64,000 bases of DNA, taken from NCBI GenBank assembly GCA_028280405.1, contig JANQLW010000032.1, forward strand, positions 9,816 through 73,815, given 5' to 3'. A model generated the notes under the pieces. That model worked only from the letters and a program-made list of their open reading frames with translations, searched no databases and had not been told where the DNA came from. The first letter of the stretch is position 1, and every line of letters begins with the position of its first letter. Positions 10,101 to 19,121 of this stretch are shown piece after piece. The translations under genes and the position numbers were made by a program. Origin of the DNA: Bacteroidales bacterium. GTDB lineage: Bacteria; Bacteroidota; Bacteroidia; Bacteroidales; GCA-2711565.

Positions 10101-10505
10101 TTTGAGTTTGTAAAGCAGAAAGGATGGAACCCAATAGCAAATTTTATTCCATCGTCAGCTAGAAATTTACCTGCAGCTATGATCAATCGCTGGCAAAATC
10201 CCGGAGATGTAACAGACATTCAACAAGTGAATTCAGATTTTAGCTTTATCCTAAGTCACCAACAGCATTATGCTTCAAATCTATCCAGGGTAGATGCTTC
10301 TTTTATTCGTTTACAAAATGTTGCTTTATCTTATACTATTCCGGAAAAAATCAATAAGCGGTTAGGCTTAAGTAGTGCCATCATTTATTTAAGGGCCCAA
10401 AACCTGTTTACCATCACCGGTTTTGATGGTATAGACCCTGAAACACAACGGGTGAAATTCCCGCCTTTAAGAAATATTACTGCAGGCTTACGATTAACGT
10501 TTTAA
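7179..10505 (+). CDS. SusC/RagA-type TonB-dependent outer-membrane transducer with an N-terminal STN signalling domain
   Basis: STN-like N-terminus, then a CarboxypepD_reg-like segment ([16 protein letters not shown]). Plug motif [29 protein letters not shown] and a C-terminal Phe. Confidence 0.9.
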   Translation: [1108 protein letters not shown]

Positions 10506-10516
10506 AAATTTTAGTT

Positions 10517-11923
10517 ATGAAACATATTAAATATACGCTAATAAATATATTGCTTCTGGGTCTCATGACTTCTTGCGAGGACCTTATTGAGATAGATGTA
10601 CCAAAGAATGAAATAGTAAGTGAAACACTTTTTACTACTGACCAAACAGCAACCTCTGCCCTTATTGGAACCTATGGATTATTATCAAACTACTCCACAG
10701 GAATCACCGCTAACTTGGAGTTGGTTTCAGGTTTGGCTTCAGACGAACTTTTTAACCATACAACGAATACCTCAAGAGTTGAATTGAGTAGTAATAACAT
10801 AGCAGCAGATAATGCAGTTCTTTTTGGTATTTGGAGTGGTTTTTACAGAGTTATCAATAATGCGAACGGTATTCTGGTGGGACTGGAAAATAATGATATG
10901 GTTTCGCAGGAAGCAATTGATCAGTTAACAGGCGAAGCTCTGTTTTTACGTGCTTTGTCGCACTTTTATTTAGTAAACCTTTTTAATGAGGTGCCTTATA
11001 TTACCACTACAAATGTTGAAGCTAATAATATGGTATCAAGAGATGAAGTATCTTTTGTTTATGAGCAGATAACAGCTGATCTTAACAATGCAATCCTGTT
11101 GTTACCCAATGATTATTCTTTTAATAATGGGGAACGTATTCGGGCCAATCAAAGTGCAGCACGAGCCTTGCTGGCACGTCTTTATTTGTATACCGAAAAT
11201 TGGGAGGCGGCTGAAGAGCAGGCTACTTTGGTATTAGATCAAACCACCCTTTATAGACTTGAGGATAATTTATCAGATATATTCCTGGATAACCCTTCGA
11301 ATAATAAAGAGGCTATTTGGCAATTAGCGTCATTAGGCTGGTTAGAAACCCCGGGAAGCACTTTTATTGGTGATATCCTTGTTCCATTGTCTTTTGGCCC
11401 AATAAACAGTGTAGCAGGAGGTACCACCCTTTCCGATGAAGTGATTAAGCTTTTTGAGCTTGAGCCTGATGATGAGCGCTTCAATCAATGGGTGGGTACC
11501 GCTGGAGCTTATAAATTTGTTAATAAATACAAAAATGGGATTTATAACTTTAATCCGGGCCCTCCTGAACATGTGATGATGTTGCGTCTGGCGGAGACTT
11601 ATCTTATTCGTGCAGAGGCCAGGGTCCGCTTAGGAGATATTCCCGGTGCACAAAGCGATTTAAATGCTATCCGTAACCGTGCAGGTTTGTCGAATACTTC
11701 CGCAACTACTTCAGAAGAAATGTTAGATGCTATTGCAAAAGAAAGACAAGTAGAGTTATTTGCAGAAGCACACCGTTGGTTCGATTTAAAGCGTACGGGC
11801 AAAGCATCTGAAGTGCTATCGCTAATTCAAAGGAAAGACTGGCAAGCTACAGATGTTTTATTTCCAATCCCTGCACAAGAAATTTTTAATAATTCTAATT
11901 TAACCCAAAATCCTGGGTACTAA
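10517..11923 (+). CDS. SusD/RagB family lipoprotein
   Basis: Lipobox LMTSCEDL. SusD-like motifs RALSHFYLVNLF and RWFDLKRTG. The C-terminus is NLTQNPGY. Confidence 0.9.
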   Translation: MKHIKYTLINILLLGLMTSCEDLIEIDVPKNEIVSETLFTTDQTATSALIGTYGLLSNYSTGITANLELVSGLASDELFNHTTNTSRVELSSNNIAADNAVLFGIWSGFYRVINNANGILVGLENNDMVSQEAIDQLTGEALFLRALSHFYLVNLFNEVPYITTTNVEANNMVSRDEVSFVYEQITADLNNAILLLPNDYSFNNGERIRANQSAARALLARLYLYTENWEAAEEQATLVLDQTTLYRLEDNLSDIFLDNPSNNKEAIWQLASLGWLETPGSTFIGDILVPLSFGPINSVAGGTTLSDEVIKLFELEPDDERFNQWVGTAGAYKFVNKYKNGIYNFNPGPPEHVMMLRLAETYLIRAEARVRLGDIPGAQSDLNAIRNRAGLSNTSATTSEEMLDAIAKERQVELFAEAHRWFDLKRTGKASEVLSLIQRKDWQATDVLFPIPAQEIFNNSNLTQNPGY

Positions 11924-12051
11924 AACTATCAGTATTATAATCTAACCAACCCACCCTAATTATTATTTAATCAATTAGGGTGGGATTGCTAAAGCCAAGA
12001 TGCCAGGAGTTTAAACTTCTGCTGCTTAGTAATTACAAAAAATATATCAAC

Positions 12052-13656
12052 ATGAACAGGAAATCCCAAATTGCAATAATCACTTTTATTCTATGTGTAA
12101 TCAATTATGGCTTTGCACAAAAAGGAACGTTAAAAATAGGAGATAAAGCACCTGCTTTGGAACCATATGAATGGATAAAAGGAAAACCTATTAAATCCTT
12201 CAAAAAAGGAAAACCTTATGTAATCGAGTTTGGAGCTACCTGGTGCGGTCCTTGTGCCAGGGCTATTCCTAAATTATCTGCCTTATCTAAAAAATATAAA
12301 GGTAAGGTAGAAATCGTTGGCGTTTTTGTTCAGGAATTAAACAATGAACCTCCCGGCACACCCAAACCAAAATATATCGATGATGTTCGCGAATATGTAA
12401 AAAAACTAGGTGATCAATTAAGTTATACGGTTGCAGTTGATGGCCCTGAAAAAACCATTGAAAAACAATGGATAGACGGTATGGGTAAAAGCAGAGGGGT
12501 TCCTCAAACTTTTATAATAGATAAACAAGGTAGAATCGCAGCACATTTTGTAGGAGTACAAATGGATATTATAGATAAACTACTCACAGCTATTTTAGAT
12601 GATTCTTTTGATATTGAAGCTCAAAAAGAAAATGACGCTGCAATAGCTGCAAATCAAGTTGTTTATGATTACTTAAAACCCTTATATATTGATGGTAATG
12701 GAGGAAACCGTACAGATTTCGAATTTAGATCTATTCTAAAAAAATCTACTGGAAAAATTTCACATAATAGCCCAAGCCTTTTCTTGTTTAGTTTTAGATT
12801 CCTTAACGATCCCGAATTTATGGAGTGGCTAGCAGAAAGTGTTGGAAAAACTGAAGTAGAAGCCTACAGAGAGAAGCATCTGGGAGGTCTGGACAGAGTT
12901 CAGGAAGTAAATATACCGTTGGCTTATTTATATAACCTGGCATATACTGATACCTTGGCTAACTCGCCTATGGAAAGACTACAGGCTACTGGTTTATATC
13001 CCGACACTATCAGGTTTCCCAAATATAAAAAAGCCTATGGTAAGTACTGGCCGGCACCAGTAATAGAGTTATCAGGTGAATCTCCTTACAACTTATTCGA
13101 GAAATACGATTATGTACGTAAGGTTCCTAAAGGTAGAGGTACTATGAAATTTTTACAGGAATGTATGCGACGTGACCTGATGAGTTACTTTGGGTTTGAG
13201 GCATATGTTGAAGTAAGAGAAATGCCATGTTGGTTTTTAAAAGCCCGGCCAGGTGCAAAAGAAAAATTGAAGACTAAAACTCCCGGTGAAAAATACAAAA
13301 CATTTATCAAATCTACTTCTGCTGATGGTAAGAAAATTTATGGCAGAAGCAATGCAGATATGAGAGATGTTATAAGAATGATAAGTATGGTTCATAGAAA
13401 GGCGAGGTTGAATAAATATAATGGAAAAGATGATTATTTTGAATTCATTTTTAATAACCCTCTTCCGCCTACTATAAATCAAACGGGTTTAACAAATGAA
13501 ATAGATTTTTTCTTCCACGAGAAAATTGTGGAGGCGGTAGTAAAAACCGGAGACATAAGTGTTATTTCAAGTACTCTGGAACCATTAGGCCTTTATATAG
13601 AAAAGGGTACTAAACCTATGAAAGTAGTTGTAATTCGAGATACTAAAAACCAATAA
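12052..13656 (+). CDS. TlpA-like thioredoxin-fold protein (Cys form, WCGPC) fused to a DUF3738/TIGR03435-like C-terminal domain
   Basis: Signal peptide, then GATWCGPCARAIP. The C-terminus LEPLGLYIEKGTKPMKVVVIRD resembles TIGR03435 ends (recalled). I prefer the ATG at 12052 because the GTG at 11980 lies inside the SusD terminator hairpin. Confidence 0.75.
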   Translation: MNRKSQIAIITFILCVINYGFAQKGTLKIGDKAPALEPYEWIKGKPIKSFKKGKPYVIEFGATWCGPCARAIPKLSALSKKYKGKVEIVGVFVQELNNEPPGTPKPKYIDDVREYVKKLGDQLSYTVAVDGPEKTIEKQWIDGMGKSRGVPQTFIIDKQGRIAAHFVGVQMDIIDKLLTAILDDSFDIEAQKENDAAIAANQVVYDYLKPLYIDGNGGNRTDFEFRSILKKSTGKISHNSPSLFLFSFRFLNDPEFMEWLAESVGKTEVEAYREKHLGGLDRVQEVNIPLAYLYNLAYTDTLANSPMERLQATGLYPDTIRFPKYKKAYGKYWPAPVIELSGESPYNLFEKYDYVRKVPKGRGTMKFLQECMRRDLMSYFGFEAYVEVREMPCWFLKARPGAKEKLKTKTPGEKYKTFIKSTSADGKKIYGRSNADMRDVIRMISMVHRKARLNKYNGKDDYFEFIFNNPLPPTINQTGLTNEIDFFFHEKIVEAVVKTGDISVISSTLEPLGLYIEKGTKPMKVVVIRDTKNQ

Positions 13657-13831
13657 ACTTTAAGTTATAAATAAAGAGGCTAACAATTGTTGTTTTTATA
13701 AGGGTGTAATGGCCTGCCTTATGAGGTAAAATATAACTATGTCTTACGTTATAAAAATAAACCTGGGGCCGGTTTGTGATAGGTGAAAAGACTTTATAAT
13801 AAAATTAAAACTAATTAAAATATTATTCAAA

Positions 13832-15961
13832 ATGAGTTTTTTTATGAGGAATTCAAATAAAACAATGACATTGTTCTTCGTGCTATTTTGTTTATTCTAT
13901 ACAGATATTACCATAGCGCAAAGCAAATTAAAAAACATGCCTGGTTATATACAGTATAAAGAAGCATGGCCTAAACTGGTAAAAGTTTTTCCCAGGGTAC
14001 CAGCATTTATTTGGGCAAAAGATGGTAAATCTTTTACATATGAAGAAAACGATACTTTATATACATACGATGTAAGAAAAAAAAGAGTAGTAAATGCGAT
14101 AAAAAAAGCATCGCCCCCACATCCTGTAGCTCAACTTTTTAAAACAAGTCCGGGAGTAGCGGATTTGGAAGAAAGGATAGCCAAGATGACTATAATAAGG
14201 CAAGACACCTTTTCCTTGTCTCCTGATAAAAAGTTAAAAGCATTTACGAAAAATAGAAACATGTACTTTAGCAATGCAGATGGATCCAATACCATTGCAA
14301 TTACTACCGATGGAAATGATGAAAATAAAGTAAAATATGGTGCTGCAACCTGGGTTTATGGTGAGGAATTACGTCAACGCACAGCGATGTGGTGGTCGCC
14401 CGATAATAAAAAAATTGCCTTCTATCGTTTTGATGAAAAGGATGCCGTAAACTATTATTTAATTTATGACCAAACGAAAATACAAAATACCGTACGAGCT
14501 GAACCCTATACAAAAGTGGGTGCTAAAAACTTGCCGGTAGATCTATTAGTCTACGATTTGGAAACTAAAAAAACAATAACCCTCGATACCAGGGATGGAC
14601 GCCCATTTAGTGATGGACCCCTGGGAACCTATCTATACGGTATTGAGTGGTCACCGGACGGTACAGAATTGCTTTTTCATAGTACAAACCGTAAGCAAGA
14701 TATTATGGAGTATAAAGCAGCAGATCCGAATACAGGAAAAACCAGAGTTATAGCTAGAGAAGAGTGGCCGGCAAGCTTCACAAAAAATTCTCCCCCAATT
14801 TACAAGTTAAAAGATAAAAAGCATTTCATTTGGGCCTCAGAGCGAACAGGTTTTAAGAATTATTACCTCTATAATTATAATGGTACATTAGTAAGTACAT
14901 TAACAAATCATGACTTTGAAGTTTATAGTATTATAAAAGTTGATGAAGAAAAAAAATTACTTTATTATATGGCACGTAGTGGAGATAACCATATGAAACT
15001 CCAGTTGCACCGTGTAAAATTAGATGGAACAGGCGATGTTCGTTTAACGGACCCTTCTTACAATCATTATGTTAGATTATCTCCCACACAAAAATATTTT
15101 ATAGATGTTGCACAGACACACAATATAGCACCATTTGTAAACCTTGTAAATGAAAAAGGAAAAATAGTAGCAGAGATTACTAAAGCAGATATGACAAAAC
15201 TTAAAGAAATAGGATATAAACCTGCTGAGGCTTTTACATTTACATCTGCAGATGGTGAAACAGAGCTTCATGGTATAATTCATTTTCCATCAAATTTCGA
15301 TCCTTCTAAGAAGTACCCGGTATTGTTAGATAATTATGGCGGGCCAGCCACTAATGCTTTTAAAGAAACCTTTGCACATCCAAGCGCATATGCCGAATTC
15401 GGATTTTTAGTAGTTAATATTGATGGAAGAAATGTTAAGGGTAGAGGAAAACGACTATTGGACAAAATTTATGGTAAATTATGTATCGCAGAGATAGATG
15501 ATTTTGCGGCTGGGATTAAATCCTTGTATAATCGCCCTTATGTGTATAAAGACCGGGTAGGTGCGTATGGTAATTCTTATGGAGGTACAACGGCTGCAGC
15601 AAGCTTATTAAGATATCCTGATGTGTACCACGCCGCCGTGTCTAACTCGCCTGTGACAAACTGGAGAAACTACGATAATATATATACAGAGCGTTACATG
15701 AATTTGTTAGAGAATAATGAAGAAGGGTACGAGCTTTCCAATTTATCGAAATATGCCAAAGACCTAAAAGGAGAATTGATGCTCTTTTATGGTACCGTAG
15801 ATAATAACGTACATCCATCAAACTCATTGCAATTAATAAAGGCTTTGCAACAAGCAGGAAAAAGCTTTGAAGTTCAGGTAGGTCCGGATAAAGGTCATAC
15901 CGGTGTACATGCGGGTAGAATGATGGAATTTCTTATTCAGCACTTAATTTTAAAAGACTAA
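13832..15961 (+). CDS. Dipeptidyl-peptidase IV family serine peptidase (S9B)
   Basis: N-terminal DPP-IV beta-propeller region. Catalytic GNSYGG and the later motifs VDNNVH and GHTG. Confidence 0.85.
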   Translation: MSFFMRNSNKTMTLFFVLFCLFYTDITIAQSKLKNMPGYIQYKEAWPKLVKVFPRVPAFIWAKDGKSFTYEENDTLYTYDVRKKRVVNAIKKASPPHPVAQLFKTSPGVADLEERIAKMTIIRQDTFSLSPDKKLKAFTKNRNMYFSNADGSNTIAITTDGNDENKVKYGAATWVYGEELRQRTAMWWSPDNKKIAFYRFDEKDAVNYYLIYDQTKIQNTVRAEPYTKVGAKNLPVDLLVYDLETKKTITLDTRDGRPFSDGPLGTYLYGIEWSPDGTELLFHSTNRKQDIMEYKAADPNTGKTRVIAREEWPASFTKNSPPIYKLKDKKHFIWASERTGFKNYYLYNYNGTLVSTLTNHDFEVYSIIKVDEEKKLLYYMARSGDNHMKLQLHRVKLDGTGDVRLTDPSYNHYVRLSPTQKYFIDVAQTHNIAPFVNLVNEKGKIVAEITKADMTKLKEIGYKPAEAFTFTSADGETELHGIIHFPSNFDPSKKYPVLLDNYGGPATNAFKETFAHPSAYAEFGFLVVNIDGRNVKGRGKRLLDKIYGKLCIAEIDDFAAGIKSLYNRPYVYKDRVGAYGNSYGGTTAAASLLRYPDVYHAAVSNSPVTNWRNYDNIYTERYMNLLENNEEGYELSNLSKYAKDLKGELMLFYGTVDNNVHPSNSLQLIKALQQAGKSFEVQVGPDKGHTGVHAGRMMEFLIQHLILKD

Positions 15962-15966
15962 TTATC

Positions 15967-16113
15967 CCGTTCGGCTAAGGCTCTGCCTTAGTCGAATCTA
16001 TCTTAACAGGCTTTGCCTGTTATTCTGCAATATTCTTTATTAGTTTTATATAAATTCTTATGCAGGCAGAGCCTGCCCGGATATGTTCGACTAAGGCAGA
16101 GCCTTAGCCGAAC
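15967..16113. repeat. REP hairpin cluster (BIME-like) on one side of the RAYT gene
   Basis: The unit TTCGGCTAAGGC-TCT-GCCTTAGTCGAA lies within 15967-15996, and its exact inverted copy is at 16086-16113. Between them are the small hairpins AACAGGC-TTT-GCCTGTT and GCAGGC-AGA-GCCTGC. Confidence 0.75.
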
Positions 16114-16115
16114 TA

Positions 16116-16676
16116 CTAATAAGTTTTCCAATTTCTGTCCAACAATATAACTTCTAACATAGAATCTAAACCCGCATAGTTTCTGGCACTTGAATATAAA
16201 TAGTCCTCGGGATTAGCTACTAAACCATTTCGAACGGGATTTTGGTGAATATAATTTAACTTTTGTTCAATGAATTTTTGACTGTAAATAACTTCGGCAT
16301 GGTTGTCATGTGCCCAGATTTTATAGGTTTGCTTTTCTTTATATTTCCCATAATATAGAAATACCATTTCCATCCAATCTCTTCTGCTTTCTACATTAGT
16401 AAACATAACTTCCCTGAATTTTTTGGAAGTATAACTTTTGAAATCCCTGATGCATCCACTCAAATCGCTATGCTCACTTTGAACTAATAAATGAATATGA
16501 TTGGACATAATTACATAGCCAAAAATGTTTAAGCCTTTATGTTTTTGACAGTATGATAATCCGTCAATTGCTATATCACGATAAATTTGTCTGGTGAAAA
16601 TATCTACCCATCCAACAATCCTGAATGTTACAAAGTAAAGACTATCATCTCTTTCTATTTTATAACCAGTTGACAT
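16116..16676 (-). mobile_element. REP-associated tyrosine transposase (RAYT, IS200/IS605 Y1 superfamily)
   Basis: HUH motif in VIMSNHIHLLV. C-terminal catalytic Tyr region YIHQNPVRNGLV. REP clusters flank both sides. Confidence 0.85.
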
Positions 16677-16736
16677 CTTTTTATTTTAGTATGTATTAGT
16701 TAATACCATAAAATAAAAAATGTCCCTGTTTCGAAA

Positions 16737-16829
16737 GTTCGGCTGAGGCTTTGCCTCAGTCAAATATATCTTTTCAGGCTCAGCCTGAATTAATAATTAC
16801 GACTAAGGCAGAGCCTTAGCCGAACGGGG
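16737..16829. repeat. REP hairpin cluster on the other side of the RAYT gene
   Basis: TTCGGCTGAGGC-TTT-GCCTCAGTCAAA, then TTCAGGC-TCA-GCCTGAA, then ACGACTAAGGCAGAGCCTTAGCCGAACGGGG. The last unit matches the one at 16086-16113. Confidence 0.75.
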
Positions 16830-18983
16830 TTATTTACGTGATTCGATAAGAATTTCTAATAGTTTAATTCCGGCTTCGGTTACAACGGAACCAGGACCAA
16901 AGATTGCTGCTGCACCGGCTTTGTACAGATAATCATAGTCTTGTGGAGGAATTACACCACCAACGATTACGATGATATCTTCTCGACCTAATTTCTTTAA
17001 TTCTTCAATTACCTGAGGAACCAAGGTTTTGTGGCCTGCTGCCAATGAAGAAACTCCTAAAATATGAACATCATTCTCAACGGCTTGTCTTGCTGATTCA
17101 GCAGGCGTTTGGAATAATGGCCCCATATCTACGTCAAATCCGATATCGGCATATCCGGTAGCAACTACTTTACCACCACGATCGTGACCATCTTGTCCCA
17201 TTTTAGCAATCATAATACGTGGACGACGGCCTTCCATTTCTGCGAAGTCGTCTGCCATTTTACAAGCTAATGCAAAACGGTCGTCATCTGCAGATTCTGC
17301 TGAGTATACTCCTGATATAGATCTGATCACGGCTTTATATCTCCCGAATACTTTTTCACATGCGTCGGAAATTTCACCTAAGGAAGCACGTTTTTGTGCA
17401 GCATCAACTGCCAGTGCCAATAGGTTACCTTCTCCGGTTTCACATGCTTTGGTTATTTTTTCTAAAGCAATTTGTACTTCTTTATTATTTCTGTTAGCAC
17501 GTAATTCAGCTAAACGCTCAATTTGTGCTTTTCTTACAGCTGTATTGTCAACCTCCAACGTTTCGATCGGATCTTCCTTCTCCAAACGATATTTGTTCAC
17601 ACCCACAATGGTATCTTTCTTCGCATCGATACGCGCTTGCTTACGGGCAGCTGCTTCTTCTATACGCATTTTTGGCAATCCGGTTTCAATCGCTTTGGCC
17701 ATTCCGCCAAGTTCTTCAACCTCTTCAATTAATTTCCAGGCTTTATGTGCAATTTCGTGTGTAAGTTTTTCTACATAATAACTTCCTGCCCATGGGTCAA
17801 CCGAACGACAAACATTGGTTTCTTCCTGGATATAGATCTGCGTATTACGTGCAATACGTGCAGAGAAATCAGTAGGAAGTGCAATTGCTTCATCCAATGC
17901 ATTGGTGTGAAGAGACTGCGTATGACCTAAAGCTGCTCCCATTGCTTCAACACATGTACGAGCTACATTATTGAACGGATCTTGCTCCGTTAAACTCCAC
18001 CCTGAAGTCTGGCTGTGCGTACGTAAAGCTAATGACTTAGGATTCTTCGGATTGAATTTCTTCACGATCTTCGCCCAAAGCATACGTGCTGCTCTCATCT
18101 TAGCAATTTCCATGAAGTGATTCATGCCAATTGCCCAGAAGAATGAAAGCCTTGGCGCGAAGCTATCGATATCCATACCTGCATTCACACCTGCTTTAAG
18201 GTATTCCATACCATCAGCCAATGTATAAGCTAATTCAATATCAGCGGTTGCACCGGCTTCCTGCATGTGGTATCCTGAAATAGAAATTGAATTGAACTTC
18301 GGCATATTTTGAGAAGTGTACTCAAAAATATCCGCGATGATCTTCATCGATGGAAGCGGTGGATAAATATAAGTATTACGTACCATGAATTCTTTTAGAA
18401 TGTCATTTTGGATGGTACCGCTTAATTGCTCTAATTTCACACCTTGTTCCAAACCGGCAACAATGTAAAATGCCAATACCGGAAGTACGGCGCCGTTCAT
18501 GGTCATGGATACAGACATCTTATCCAGTGGAATCTGATCGAATAAGATTTTCATGTCAAGGATAGAGTCGATGGCTACACCGGCTTTTCCAACATCACCT
18601 TCTACACGTTCGTGATCGGAATCATAACCACGGTGAGTCGCAAGGTCGAATGCTACGGATAAACCTTTTTGTCCGGCTGCTAAGTTTCTTCTGTAAAATG
18701 CATTTGATTCTTCAGCAGTAGAGAATCCTGCATACTGGCGAATCGTCCATGGGCGCATTACATACATGGTAGAATAAGGCCCACGTAAGTTAGGTGCTTT
18801 CCCTGCTGCATAGTTAAGGTGTTCCATGCCTTCCAAATCATCTTTGGTAAAGCTTGGCTTAATTTCAATGCGTTCCGGAGTCATCCAGTCGGCAGAAATA
18901 TGATTTTCGCTTTCCCATTCTTTGGCAGATTTTTCTGCGTTTTGGGTAGCTTTGATGTTTATATCTTTAAATTTTGGTTTCAT
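16830..18983 (-). CDS. mutB: Methylmalonyl-CoA mutase large (catalytic, B12-binding) subunit
   Basis: [47 protein letters not shown]. The C-terminal B12 motif DGHDRGG fits DxHxxG. Confidence 0.93.
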   Translation of the reverse strand: MKPKFKDINIKATQNAEKSAKEWESENHISADWMTPERIEIKPSFTKDDLEGMEHLNYAAGKAPNLRGPYSTMYVMRPWTIRQYAGFSTAEESNAFYRRNLAAGQKGLSVAFDLATHRGYDSDHERVEGDVGKAGVAIDSILDMKILFDQIPLDKMSVSMTMNGAVLPVLAFYIVAGLEQGVKLEQLSGTIQNDILKEFMVRNTYIYPPLPSMKIIADIFEYTSQNMPKFNSISISGYHMQEAGATADIELAYTLADGMEYLKAGVNAGMDIDSFAPRLSFFWAIGMNHFMEIAKMRAARMLWAKIVKKFNPKNPKSLALRTHSQTSGWSLTEQDPFNNVARTCVEAMGAALGHTQSLHTNALDEAIALPTDFSARIARNTQIYIQEETNVCRSVDPWAGSYYVEKLTHEIAHKAWKLIEEVEELGGMAKAIETGLPKMRIEEAAARKQARIDAKKDTIVGVNKYRLEKEDPIETLEVDNTAVRKAQIERLAELRANRNNKEVQIALEKITKACETGEGNLLALAVDAAQKRASLGEISDACEKVFGRYKAVIRSISGVYSAESADDDRFALACKMADDFAEMEGRRPRIMIAKMGQDGHDRGGKVVATGYADIGFDVDMGPLFQTPAESARQAVENDVHILGVSSLAAGHKTLVPQVIEELKKLGREDIIVIVGGVIPPQDYDYLYKAGAAAIFGPGSVVTEAGIKLLEILIESRK

Positions 18984-19017
18984 TGTTCTTTATTAACGAT
19001 TAACCTTTGTTTTGGTT

Positions 19018-19109
19018 GTCATCCTGATCCCGATTGAATCGGGAGAAGAATCTCCTAAATAAACTTCTATCGTAAATAGAAAGAGGTCCTTCGCTGCGCT
19101 CAGGATGAC
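19018..19109. repeat. GTCATCCTGA...TCAGGATGAC palindromic intergenic element (family copy 1)
   Basis: Inverted termini GTCATCCTGA and TCAGGATGAC, plus the internal palindrome TCCCGAT-TGA-ATCGGGA. It sits between the mutA stop and the mutB start. Confidence 0.7.
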
Positions 19110-19121
19110 AAGCCATATAAA

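Noticed and set aside
11980-12051. Longer N-terminal extensions offered by the ORF track (11980 GTG, 45585, 32527, 52568, 1386 TTG).
   Set aside because: Internal ATGs at 12052, 45657, 32455, 52514 and 1401 give canonical signal peptides, lipoboxes or family-typical N-termini. The extensions overlap upstream genes or terminator hairpins.
17449-17930. Several 60-110 aa plus-strand ORFs lie inside mutB. Similar antisense ORFs occur inside the SusC, SusD, DPP-IV, TBDR, YfcC, MurF and other genes.
   Set aside because: They lie antisense within strongly supported long CDSs. Their composition is low-complexity and I recognise no motifs.
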